From an uncultured Pseudomonadota bacterium (lineage in GTDB: Bacteria > Pseudomonadota > Alphaproteobacteria > JACZXZ01): a DNA stretch of 64,000 bases. The notes beneath the pieces were generated by a model. It worked only from the letters and a program-made list of their open reading frames with translations. It ran no database searches and was not told the DNA's origin. The DNA is taken from the NCBI GenBank assembly GCA_963749075.1, contig CAVVLJ010000016.1:1248001-1312000 (forward strand). The letters are read 5' to 3'. The translations under genes and the position numbers were made by a program. Shown here in pieces: positions 51,239-60,821 of the stretch (positions are counted from its first letter, which is position 1; the number at the start of each line of letters is the position of its first letter).

Positions 51239-52241
51239 CTAGGCGCCGCGCGCGCGCTCCTGCCCATCCGCGAAATAGCCGGGGAACCTGCGCTTGAGGT
51301 TGTCCCGGATGCGCGCGAGCGGGTCCGTCCCCGGCGGCAAGAGGGTCTCGCCGGTGAGCGTCTCGAAGAGCCGCACGTAGCGCGCGCTCAGCTCCAGGCG
51401 CACCTCGTCCGGGATCGGCGGGATCGGCTCCTCGTAGGGGCGGCAATGGGCGTTGATCCAGAGCCGCACATATTCCTTGTCGAGCATCTCCGGCTCCTTG
51501 CCCGCGGCAAGGCGCTCCTCGTAGCTCGGCGCCAGCCAGAAGCGGCTCGAGTTCGGGCGTGTGAACCTCGTCCGCGAGCACGACCTCGCCGGCGCCGTCG
51601 AGGCCGAACTCGTACTTGGTGTCGACGAGGAGGATGCCGTGCTCCGCGCAGAGCTTGCGGCCGTGGGCGAAGACGTCGAGGCTCGCCGCCTTGATGCGCT
51701 CCCACTGCTGCTGCGTGCAGAGCCCCGCCGCGACGATGGCCCGCTCGCCGACCGGCACGTCGTGCTGGCCGAGGGGCGCCTTGCTCGTGGGCGTGATCAC
51801 CGGGCGCGGCAAGGCGCCGTTCTTGGCGAGGCCGTTGGGCAACTCGATGCCCCCGAACTCGCGCACGCCGTCCTGGTATTGCATCCAGATGCTGGTGCCG
51901 GTGGTGCCGGTCAGATAGGCGCGCACCACCACCTCGATCGGAATCATCTTGAGGGAGCGCGCGACGGTCACGTTCGGGTCGGGCACCTCGATGAGATGGT
52001 TGGGGCAGAGCGAGGCCGTGGAGCGGAACCAGAAGGCCGAAAGCCGGGTCAGGACCTGGCCCTTTTGCGGCACCGGCGACAGCATCTGGTCGAAGGCCAA
52101 CTGGCGGTCGGTGGCGATGATGATGCGCCGGCCGTCGTCCAGCGCGTAGCTGTCGCGCACCTTGCCGCCGTGGAAGCCGGGCAGCTCCGCGATATAGGCG
52201 CGCTCGAGGCAGACGGGGACGGCCTTGCTCGCGGTTGTCAT
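51239..52241 (-). CDS. purC: SAICAR synthase; apparent +1 frameshift at ~51552
   Basis: GKVRD, KGQVL, EVVVRAYLTG, LVDTKYEFG, DEVHTP; deleting one base restores TPDSSRFW...DKEYVRLW. Confidence 0.88.
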
Positions 52242-52499
52242 GCTGCCGCCTCGCGGATTCCTTGCTCGAAGCTCCCGGCGTCTTCACGATAGCATGAACA
52301 TGGGCCGGCGGTCAGACGCCACGCGCAGGGCGCAGGCCGCTCCGGCGGCTGGCGCTCCGCCAAGGCCGCCGCAAGATAATCATTGCTTTACAATTCTACT
52401 TTAGCATGTGGCTCCCAGTGCTCGTTCCGCCCGGCATCCGAGGCGCAGCTTCATCGAGCGCCGCCTCGCACGCCGTCGCAACCGAAAAGGGGTTTGACC

Positions 52500-52694
52500 A
52501 TGCAAAAGCTCACCACGGCAGTCCAGCTCTTCCTGCGTGCACTCCGCTCGAAAGAGGGCGTCACGGCGATCGAGTACGGCCTCATCGCGGCTCTCATTGC
52601 CGTCGCGATCATCGGGGCCGTGACCGTTCTCGGCACCGACCTGACCGCGACCTTCAACATGGTCGCCGGCCACCTCGGCAACAGCCCGAGCTGA
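52500..52694 (+). CDS. Flp-family type IVb pilin
   Basis: EG|VTAIEYGLIAALIAVAII prepilin/Flp motif. Confidence 0.92.
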   Translation: MQKLTTAVQLFLRALRSKEGVTAIEYGLIAALIAVAIIGAVTVLGTDLTATFNMVAGHLGNSPS

Positions 52695-52821
52695 GCGGCG
52701 GGCGGCAGAGAGACGCCGCGGCGCGCGGGCGCCGCCGGCACCCCGCGCGGCGGAGGGACTTCCCCGCGTGCGATCGGTAAAATGCGCGATTATTTCTTCC
52801 TTTCCTTTTGTCATATTCTTA

Positions 52822-54795
52822 TCAAAGTCGCATTTTTCTTCGCGCAACCAGCATTCGTTTGCGAAATCCGCGCAGCTCCAGCACGGCGCCGTCTTCGGCC
52901 GGCACGGCGATCCGCGTGCGCCCGCCTGCCCGCGGCACGGCATGCGAGGCCAACGGGCGCTCGTCGAGCAGCACGTCCAGGCGCTCGATGTTCTCGCTCG
53001 CGACCGCGACGATGGCCTCGCGCCCGCGCTCGAGGATTTCCGCCTGCAGCCCGTAGACCGCCTTGCCGGCAAGGATGCGCGCGGCGTGGCGGATGAGGTC
53101 GCGGTTTCCCGCCAGCACGTCGTCGCGCGTCATGCGGTGGACCTCGTCGGGGACGATGCCGAACTCCTCCACCTCGATGCCGGCATGGCGGCCGACCCTG
53201 AGCGAGCGCCGCAGGGCCACGCGCAGGCTCGCCCCCTTGGGCAGCGCGCGGAGCGACAGCCCGAAGCGGCTGCGGCCGCGCCCGCGATGGGCGAAAATCG
53301 CCTGCAGGAGCTCGTAGCTCCAGACGTTGGCGCCGCCGGCACCGGTGTTCCCGTCGGTTCCGAGGATCGTTCCGACCGCGTGGTCGCGGAAGCCGGCCGT
53401 GAAGATGTCCGTCGTGCTGTAGCAAAGCCCGTTGGTGACCAGCACGACCGGTCCGAAATAGCGCTGGCCGATGGCGTTGCAGGTGGCGGCGGAGTCGAGC
53501 GGGATGCCCGCCGAATAGGCGGCCCCGGTCTCGCCCGCGCGCGCGAGCGACGGCAGCCAGCGGCCGAGATGGTCGCTCGGGTCGAGCCGGCAGAGCGCCT
53601 GGCAGTGGCGCGTGTTGCGCAGCTGCAGCGGCTCGGGCTCGATCGCGCGCGGCGTCAGGAGCTGCAGAAGCCGCTCGCCGTTCGTGAGCACGCCGCCGCC
53701 GTTGTCGCGCACGTCGAGGATGAGGCCGCGCGGCGGCATCAGTTCGAGCAGACGCACGAATTCCGCGACGAAGCGTTCGCCCTCCTCGACGTTGAAGGTG
53801 CGCAGCCGGATATAGCCGAAGCGGCCGTCGGGCGTGTCGACCGGGTGCGCCTCGAAGACCGCCGGCATGGTGCTTTCGCCCCGCGCGAGCTTGGCGGCGG
53901 GGGCCCGCCTGCGCGCGAGCCTTTGCTCGGCCGCCGCCACCTGCGGCCGGTAGAGGAGCTTCTTGCTGTGGCGGAGCGCATCGCACTCCACGTCCATGGC
54001 GAGCGACATGGCCGTGGCGCGGACGGCGTCGTGGGCCGCGCCGAGCACGTCGCGGCGGGGTGCGAAGACGAGCCAGGGCAGCTCGATGCGGCGCACGCGC
54101 CCGCCGCCTGAGCGGTAGGCGACGCTCACGGCCTCCTCCTCCGGCGGCAGGGCGCGCATCATCGGACGGACGGTGAGCCGCTTGACGCCGCGGGCGCGGC
54201 GCGCCGCCTCGTTGCCGGCGGCGTTGATGCCGCCCACGCGCATGACCGCGCGCTCGATCGGGACCCAGTTCCAGCTCAGCACTTCGACGCCGCGGCGGAA
54301 GCTCGCGTGCCGGAAGCCCGGCAGGAGACTGGTCACGATGTACTTCCGCGCCCCGCCCTCGAAGCAGTCCTCGACCTCGAAGGGCAGGAAGGCGACCGCC
54401 CGGTTGTAGGGCAGCGGCAGGAAGTAGTTGGTGTGCAGATCGCGCAGCGAGAGGAAGACCTCCGTCATCTCCTGGTGGAAGGAGAGATCGCTCGGCAGCT
54501 CCCTGAGCCGCAGGCGGAGGAGCTCGAGCCGGCGCACGGGGTCGATGCCGTGCATGGCCTTCTTCATCGGCAGGTGGACGTAGAACTCCTCGAGCAGCAG
54601 CATGGCCTGGTCGACGATGCGCCGCCGCTCGGCGAGCGAAAGCGCCGCGGCGCGGGCGAGAAACCGCGGCAGCGTCACAGCATGCTTGAGGTGCGGCTTC
54701 ACCGCATCGTCGATATCGGCGAGATAGGGCGCCGCAAGCCCGCCGCGGCGCCTATCCTGGCGCGCGGCCTTGCCCCGGCCGGGCGGACGTGGCAT
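52822..54795 (-). CDS. S41-family peptidase
   Basis: DLHT, GYIRLRTF, LILDVRDNGGG, CYSTTDIF (catalytic Ser), TGAGG; GGAGGG RBS; no signal peptide. Confidence 0.85.
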   Translation of the reverse strand: MPRPPGRGKAARQDRRRGGLAAPYLADIDDAVKPHLKHAVTLPRFLARAAALSLAERRRIVDQAMLLLEEFYVHLPMKKAMHGIDPVRRLELLRLRLRELPSDLSFHQEMTEVFLSLRDLHTNYFLPLPYNRAVAFLPFEVEDCFEGGARKYIVTSLLPGFRHASFRRGVEVLSWNWVPIERAVMRVGGINAAGNEAARRARGVKRLTVRPMMRALPPEEEAVSVAYRSGGGRVRRIELPWLVFAPRRDVLGAAHDAVRATAMSLAMDVECDALRHSKKLLYRPQVAAAEQRLARRRAPAAKLARGESTMPAVFEAHPVDTPDGRFGYIRLRTFNVEEGERFVAEFVRLLELMPPRGLILDVRDNGGGVLTNGERLLQLLTPRAIEPEPLQLRNTRHCQALCRLDPSDHLGRWLPSLARAGETGAAYSAGIPLDSAATCNAIGQRYFGPVVLVTNGLCYSTTDIFTAGFRDHAVGTILGTDGNTGAGGANVWSYELLQAIFAHRGRGRSRFGLSLRALPKGASLRVALRRSLRVGRHAGIEVEEFGIVPDEVHRMTRDDVLAGNRDLIRHAARILAGKAVYGLQAEILERGREAIVAVASENIERLDVLLDERPLASHAVPRAGGRTRIAVPAEDGAVLELRGFRKRMLVARRKMRL

Positions 54796-55031
54796 GGCGT
54801 TCTCCCCTCCTGCAGCGACTCCGCCTCACGCCGGAGAGAGCCCTCTCAGCACCGCCCGGCCATCCACCATGGACGCGATCCGGGCGCGGGCGCGCGCTCT
54901 AGCGGCTCGCGATAGGTTCAGGGGAAAATTTTCTTAGATTTCCTAGTCCGGATCAAGCTATCCTCATAGAAAAGGTGAGCGTCTCCGCGCGACGCAGGCC
55001 AAGCGGAGTGCCGCAGGGGGCCGATAAAAAG

Positions 55032-58000
55032 GTGAGATGCGGCGGGTGCCATAGCGAGAACCCGGACGGCAATCGCTTTTGCGATCGCTGCGGCGCGCCC
55101 CTTGCGAGAGCCTGCGCCTCCTGCGGCTACGAGAACCGCGCGGAGGCCAAGTTCTGCGGCGGCTGCGGGCGCACCCTCGAGGCGGCAGCGCCGGGGGCAG
55201 CCGCGCACCCTCCGGCCGTGCGCGGGCTCTCGGCCGCCGACTACACGCCCCAGCATCTGGCGGCGCGCATTCTGAGCTCGCGCCTGACCCTTGCCGGCGA
55301 GCGCAAGCAAGTCACCGTGCTCTTTGCCGACATCCGCGGCTCGACCGAGCTCATCCACGGGCTCGATCCCGAGCAGGCGCTCGAGAGGCTCGATCCCGGG
55401 CTCAAGGCCATGATGGATGCCGTCCACCGCTACGAGGGCGTGGTGAGCCGGGTGCAGGGCGACGGCATCATGGCCCTCTTCGGCGCCCCGATCGCCCACG
55501 AGGACCACGCGGTGCGCGCCTGCCTCGCCGCCCGCGCCATGTTGGATTCGATCGCGCGGCTCGAGGGCAGCCCGCTGCGCATCAGGGTCGGCATGAACTC
55601 GGGCGAGGTGGTGGTGCGCTCGGTCGGCAACGATCTCTCGCTGGAATACGACGCCGTGGGCTTCACCGTGCATCTCGCCGCGCGCATGGAGCAGTTCGCC
55701 GCACCCGGCACCGCCTGCTTGAGCCCGAGCACGGTCAAGCTCGCGCGCGGCTTCGTCGAGGTGCGCTCGCTCGGCCTCCAAGACGTGAAGGGCATGACCG
55801 AGCCCGTCGAGATCTGCGAGCTCGTCGCCATCACCGGGCGCGCGCGCTGGGAGGTCAGGCTCGCCGGGCACAGCTTGAGCCGCTTCGTGGGCCGCAGCAC
55901 GGAAGTCGCGATCCTCGTCGATGCCATCAGGCGGACGGTCGCCGGGCGCGGCCAGATCGTCGCCGTCGTCGGCGAGCCGGGAGTGGGGAAATCCCGCCTG
56001 GTGCACGAATTCCTCGCCGCCGCACCGGCAAGCGATTGCGCCGTGCTGCGCGCGGGCGCCACGCCGCACGACCGCGACACCCCGTTCCTTCTCGCGGCCG
56101 AGCTGCTGCGCGCCTGGCTCGGCGTCGCCGGACGCGACAGCCAGGGCGAGATCGCAGGCAAGCTCGCGCGCGCCGTAGCGGAGATCGACGGCCAGCTGCT
56201 CGCGGCGCTGGCGCCGCTCAAGTCGCTCCTCGACCTGCCGACCGAGGACGCAGGCTGGGAGCGCCTCGACCCGCTGCTGCGGCGCCAGCGCGTGCGCGAC
56301 GCCTTTCGCCTGCTCATCCTCAAGGCGGCCGCGACGAAGCCGCTCATCCTCGTCGTCGAGGACCTGCATTGGGTGGACGGCGAGAGCGCTGCACTCCTCG
56401 ATGCCGTGGCCGCCGGGCTTGGCGCCGCTCGGCTTCTCCTCGTCGCGACCTTTCGTCCGGAATACCGCCACGGCTGGGCGGCGCACGGCTCTTTCTCGCT
56501 CGTGCGCGTCAATCCCCTCGAGGAGGCCGCCGCGGACGAGCTGCTGCGCTCGCTGTTCGGCGACGGCCAGGGGCTCGAGGCCCTGCGGCACCGCCTCATC
56601 GCGCGCTGCGAGGGCACGCCGCTTTTCCTCGAGGAGATGGTGCGGGCGCTCGTCGAGACCGGCGTGCTCGCGCGCGCGCGGCTCACGCGCAGCCTCGAGG
56701 AGGTCGTCATCCCCAACTCGGTGCAGGCCGTGCTGGCGGCGCGCATCGACCGCCTCTCCGCGGAGAACCGCAGCCTGCTGCAGATCGCCTCCGTGATCGG
56801 CAAGGACCTGCCGCTCGAGCTCTTGCAGGCCCTCACGGGCATGCCGGAGGAGCAGCTGCAGGTGCTGCTCGCCGATCTGTGCGCCGCCGAGTTTCTCTAC
56901 GAGGTCAACCTGCCGACCGGCACGGAATACACCTTCAAGCACGCGCTCACCCATGAGGTGGCCTACGAGGGCCTGCTGCTGGCGCGCCGGCGCGAGCTTC
57001 ACGCGCGCGTGGCCAAGGCCATGGCAGCGGCCTATCCCGACCGCCTCGACGAGCTCACCGAGCGCCTTGCCGACCACGCGCTCGCGGGCGAGCTGTGGGC
57101 CGAGGCGGTGGACTATTGCTTCAAGGCCGGACGCCGCGCCAACCAGCGCTCGGCCCACCGGGAGGCCATCGTCTATTTCCGCCGCGCGCTCGCGGCACTC
57201 GCGCACCGGCCCCAGGAGGGTGCTGCCATCGCTCAGGCGATCGACATCCGCCTCGGGCTGCGCATCGCACTCGCCGCCGCAGGAGAGCATCGCGAGATCA
57301 AGAGCGTGCTCGAGGAGGCCGAGGCCCTCGCCCAGTCGGTCGACGACCGGCCGCGGCTGGCGCTCGTCAAGAGCAGCAAATGCATCACCCTCACGATTCT
57401 CGGACCGGTGGACGAGGCGATCCCGGCCGGCCGGCTTGCCCTGGCGCTCGCCGAAGAGCTGCACGACGGCCCCACGCTTCTCAATGCCAGCTATGGACTC
57501 GGACAGGCCTATTGGTACCACGGCGATTTCGACGCGGCGATCGAGGTCCTCGCGCCCATCGCCGAGCGCCTGACCTCGGATCTCAAGCTCAGCTATGCCG
57601 GGACGACCGGCACCGCGGCGGTGCTTTGCCTGGGCTGCCTCGCCAACGCGTACAGCTTCGCGGGCCGCTTCGCGGAGGCCTTTGCCGCCGCCGCGGAGAC
57701 CATGGCGGCCGCCGAAGCGACCGGCCGCCCTTACGACGCGTGCTATGCACGCATCGCGCGCGGGCTCGCCTCGCTCACGCAAGGCGCGCTCGCGGCGGCG
57801 ATCGACGATTTCGAGGAGGCCCTGCGCATTTGCAGCAGCGCCGAAATCCGCCTGCTGGTGCCCGCCACGGTGCGCTATCTCGGCCGCGCCTATAGCCTCG
57901 TCGGGCGGCACCGCGAGGCCTCGGCGCTCGCCGCGGACGCGCTCGAGCTCTCGAAGTCGCAAGGCCTCGGCGCGCTGATCGCGTGGTGCGGCGCGGCGCT

Positions 58001-58397
58001 GGCCGAGGCGGAGCTCGCCGCCGGCCTCGGCGCGCGCGCCCGAGAGACGGCAACCGCCGCCCACGAGATGGCGCACCAGAACGGGTTTCGTCCCGTCGAG
58101 CTGCAATGCCTCAGGCTCCTCGGCGCGCTGCAAGCCGCGGGCGGCAACGAGGCGCTCGGCCGCGCGGAGGCCCATTACCGCGAGGCGCTGGCGCTCGGGC
58201 GGGCGATCGGCATGCGTCCCGAGCTCGCCCATTGCCATGCCGAGCTGGCCGGCGTGTTGCGCCAGGCCGGCCGCACCGCCGAAGCGGGACAAGAAGAGGC
58301 CGCGGCAATTGAGCTCTACCGCGCCATGGGGATGACGTGGTATATCGCTCGCGGAGAATTCGCTGGCGCTGCATCCGAGACTCCCGGTACAACCTGA
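55032..58397 (+). CDS. double zinc ribbon + class III nucleotide cyclase + STAND/AAA ATPase + TPR protein
   Basis: Four CxxC, VTVLFADIRGST, GDGIMALFGAP, GEPGVGKS, VEDLHW, FKHAL, helical repeats (alternative start 54975). Confidence 0.9.
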   Translation: MRCGGCHSENPDGNRFCDRCGAPLARACASCGYENRAEAKFCGGCGRTLEAAAPGAAAHPPAVRGLSAADYTPQHLAARILSSRLTLAGERKQVTVLFADIRGSTELIHGLDPEQALERLDPGLKAMMDAVHRYEGVVSRVQGDGIMALFGAPIAHEDHAVRACLAARAMLDSIARLEGSPLRIRVGMNSGEVVVRSVGNDLSLEYDAVGFTVHLAARMEQFAAPGTACLSPSTVKLARGFVEVRSLGLQDVKGMTEPVEICELVAITGRARWEVRLAGHSLSRFVGRSTEVAILVDAIRRTVAGRGQIVAVVGEPGVGKSRLVHEFLAAAPASDCAVLRAGATPHDRDTPFLLAAELLRAWLGVAGRDSQGEIAGKLARAVAEIDGQLLAALAPLKSLLDLPTEDAGWERLDPLLRRQRVRDAFRLLILKAAATKPLILVVEDLHWVDGESAALLDAVAAGLGAARLLLVATFRPEYRHGWAAHGSFSLVRVNPLEEAAADELLRSLFGDGQGLEALRHRLIARCEGTPLFLEEMVRALVETGVLARARLTRSLEEVVIPNSVQAVLAARIDRLSAENRSLLQIASVIGKDLPLELLQALTGMPEEQLQVLLADLCAAEFLYEVNLPTGTEYTFKHALTHEVAYEGLLLARRRELHARVAKAMAAAYPDRLDELTERLADHALAGELWAEAVDYCFKAGRRANQRSAHREAIVYFRRALAALAHRPQEGAAIAQAIDIRLGLRIALAAAGEHREIKSVLEEAEALAQSVDDRPRLALVKSSKCITLTILGPVDEAIPAGRLALALAEELHDGPTLLNASYGLGQAYWYHGDFDAAIEVLAPIAERLTSDLKLSYAGTTGTAAVLCLGCLANAYSFAGRFAEAFAAAAETMAAAEATGRPYDACYARIARGLASLTQGALAAAIDDFEEALRICSSAEIRLLVPATVRYLGRAYSLVGRHREASALAADALELSKSQGLGALIAWCGAALAEAELAAGLGARARETATAAHEMAHQNGFRPVELQCLRLLGALQAAGGNEALGRAEAHYREALALGRAIGMRPELAHCHAELAGVLRQAGRTAEAGQEEAAAIELYRAMGMTWYIARGEFAGAASETPGTT

Positions 58398-58481
58398 CGT
58401 AGCCGGGGGCAAGGGCGCACCGAGCGAAATCCGGGGGGTCGCCCGCCATGACCCGCCGGCATCGAGCAAAGGGAGATCAAC

Positions 58482-58718
58482 ATGGCGAAGGCAATAACGA
58501 TCAAGCATATGGCGAGCGTCCTGGCCAAGGCGTCGCGGGATGCGAACTTCAAGAAGAAGCTGATGTTGGCCCCGGCGAAGACGCTCAAGGAGCACGGCTA
58601 CGAGCCGCACAAGGAGGCCGTCGCGGTCATCAAGTCGCTCAAGCACAAGAGCTTCGGCGCCGCGCCCAAGAAGCGCAAGAAGCGCGATTCTCACGCCTCG
58701 AGCGCCGCGGAGAGCTAA
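58482..58718 (+). CDS. putative RiPP precursor with NHLP-like leader
   Basis: GGGAG RBS; VLAKASRDANFKKKLMLAPAKTLKEHG fits the NHLP-clan pattern; stop 8 nt before rSAM gene. Confidence 0.7.
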   Translation: MAKAITIKHMASVLAKASRDANFKKKLMLAPAKTLKEHGYEPHKEAVAVIKSLKHKSFGAAPKKRKKRDSHASSAAES

Positions 58719-58726
58719 GACCCGAC

Positions 58727-60724
58727 ATGACGCGGCCGGCGAGAGTCCTTCTCGTCTCGATGCCGCTGTCGGCGCCGCATTATCCCAGCATGGGCCTGAG
58801 CCTGCTCAAGCCCGCGCTGGAGCGCGCGGGACTCGCCTGCGAGATCCGCTATTTCTCGCTCGATTACGTCGACCGGCTCGGCGCCGACGCGCACGACTGC
58901 CTGACCGACCCGCGCTATTACATGGCGCACGTCGGCGAATGGGTGTTTGCCGCGGCGGCGCACGACGGAGTGCCGCGCGACGACGGCCTCGGCTTCTTCA
59001 CCGAGTACTTCCAGAAGGCCTACGCCGAGCACTATACGCCGGCGCGGCTCATGACGTTCCTCGCGGCGCGCGAGGAAGCGGCGGACTTCATCGAGCGCTG
59101 CCTCGACGAGGTGGACGGCGCTCGATACGCCATGGTCGGCTTCGGCTCGGCCTTTCAGCAGAACATGGCCTCGCTGGCGCTGGCGCGCCGGCTCAAGGCG
59201 CGCTATCCGCATCTCGCCATCGTCTTCGGCGGCACCAACTGCCAGGGCGACATGGGCGCCGAGCTCCACCGCCGCTACCCCTTCATCGACGCGGTCTGCC
59301 TGGGCGAGGGCGATCTCGTCTTCCCCGAGTTCGCGCGGCGCCGGCTCGCGGGCGAGGACTGCGCCGGCATGGCGGGAATGGCGGTGAGACGCGCCGGCGA
59401 GAGCGTCGTGCCGAGCCGCATGACGGTGCCCGTCGAGGACATGGACGCCCTCCCCTACCCCGACTTCGCGGAGTTCTTCGCGCAGCACGCGGGCTCGCCT
59501 ATCGCGCGGCGCTATTATCCGCCGGCGGCGGTGTTCGAGACCTCGCGCGGCTGCTGGTGGGGGGCGAAGCACCATTGCACCTTCTGCGGCCTCAACGCCC
59601 TCACCCTCGCCTATCGCAGCAAATCCCAGGCGCGCGCCTACGACGAGCTCGCCTATCTCGCCCAGCGCTACGGCAGCAACCTCGCCAACGCCGACCTCAT
59701 CCTCGATCAGCGCTATTTCGAGGAGTTCATCCCCCGCCTCGCCGAGGAGGGACCCGAGGTGACGATCTATTACGAGATGAAGGCGAACCTGAAGCCCGAG
59801 CAGCTCGTGCTGCTCTCACGCGCGGGCATCAAGAAGATCCAGCCCGGCCTCGAGTTCCTCTCGAGCGGCATCCTCAAGCTGATCGACAAGGGCTGCTCGA
59901 TGCTGCAGAACGTGCAGACCCTCAAGCTCGCCGCCGAGTGCGGCATCTACGTCGAGTGGCTGGCGCTCCACGGCATTCCCGGCGAGACGCCCGAGCAGTA
60001 CCTGCGCATGGCACAGCTCATCCCGAAGCTCAGGCACCTGCAGCCGCCGAGCGGCTTCATCCCCGCCCGCGCCGACCGCTTCAGCCCCTATTTCTACCGC
60101 CCCGAGGCTTACGGCGTGGCGCTCGAGCCGGCGCCCGTCTACCGCTTCATCTATCCCTTCGAGGAGGCGAGCCTGCGCCAGCTCGCCTACCATTTCGACA
60201 TGCGCTCCCCTGCCCTCGCGCGGCTCGCCGAGTACACGCGTCCCGCCGCGAAGCAATATCGCATCTGGCAGCAGCGCTGGCAGGCGAGCGCGCTCACCGC
60301 GGAGGAGCTCGGCGACGCCATCGCGATCTCGGACGAGCGCCCGGCCAGGGCCAAGAGGAGCTGGATCCTGCGCGGCGCCGAGGCGGCGATCCTCGGCCTC
60401 GCCTGGAAGATCGCGGCGCGCCACGCCATCGAGAAGACGGTGGCCGGGCGCTTCGGCGCTGAGGCGACGGCCCGCGCACTCAAGTCCCTCATCGCCCGCG
60501 GCCTCCTCCTGCAGGAGGGCGAGCAGTTCCTGGCGCTGCCGCTCCGCCAGCCGGGCCACCGGCGGGCGCCGACGTGGGAGGAGATCCGCAGCGCGCGCAC
60601 GACGCCCTATCTTTTGCGCGGATACCGGCGGCGCGGCCCGCGCATGCCTCTGCGCGCGGCAATGGACGGCGAGGCCTCGCTCGTCGGCGTCAGCGGCGAT
60701 GGAGCTGTCGGCGATAGACCTTGA
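58727..60724 (+). CDS. B12-binding RiPP-maturation radical SAM protein (class B methyltransferase-like)
   Basis: VLLVSMP..PSMGLSLLK, GEWVF, FQQNMASLALA, GEGD, ETSRGCWWGAKHHCTFCGLN, YEMKANL, QPG, DRFSPYF. Confidence 0.9.
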   Translation: MTRPARVLLVSMPLSAPHYPSMGLSLLKPALERAGLACEIRYFSLDYVDRLGADAHDCLTDPRYYMAHVGEWVFAAAAHDGVPRDDGLGFFTEYFQKAYAEHYTPARLMTFLAAREEAADFIERCLDEVDGARYAMVGFGSAFQQNMASLALARRLKARYPHLAIVFGGTNCQGDMGAELHRRYPFIDAVCLGEGDLVFPEFARRRLAGEDCAGMAGMAVRRAGESVVPSRMTVPVEDMDALPYPDFAEFFAQHAGSPIARRYYPPAAVFETSRGCWWGAKHHCTFCGLNALTLAYRSKSQARAYDELAYLAQRYGSNLANADLILDQRYFEEFIPRLAEEGPEVTIYYEMKANLKPEQLVLLSRAGIKKIQPGLEFLSSGILKLIDKGCSMLQNVQTLKLAAECGIYVEWLALHGIPGETPEQYLRMAQLIPKLRHLQPPSGFIPARADRFSPYFYRPEAYGVALEPAPVYRFIYPFEEASLRQLAYHFDMRSPALARLAEYTRPAAKQYRIWQQRWQASALTAEELGDAIAISDERPARAKRSWILRGAEAAILGLAWKIAARHAIEKTVAGRFGAEATARALKSLIARGLLLQEGEQFLALPLRQPGHRRAPTWEEIRSARTTPYLLRGYRRRGPRMPLRAAMDGEASLVGVSGDGAVGDRP

Positions 60725-60821
60725 CGGGGGCGGCGGTTCGGACTTAGGTCAATCACCCTCAACCGCAGCTTCCCCGCAAGGACAAGGCGACAGCCCCGCC
60801 TCAACGCCCCGCCTGATTGCA

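Noticed and set aside
51239-52241. purC (and three other genes) as true pseudogenes or programmed frameshifts
   Set aside because: Identical GAC>GAAC lesion in unrelated genes, no slippery sites, no other decay; sequencing artefact is more likely
52375-52410. Possible CtrA box upstream of the Flp pilin
   Set aside because: Best match ATAA-N7-TTTA is too degenerate relative to TTAA-N7-TTAA
58665-58686. KKRKKR nuclear-localisation-like motif in the RiPP precursor
   Set aside because: No secretion system or host context; explained by overall Lys-rich composition
54918-58694. 1258-aa antisense ORF, and many other long antisense or alternate-frame ORFs (e.g. 43752-46514, 8575-10590, 31459-34191)
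   Set aside because: Expected stop-poor shadows of high-GC genes; no motifs; they overlap well-supported CDS
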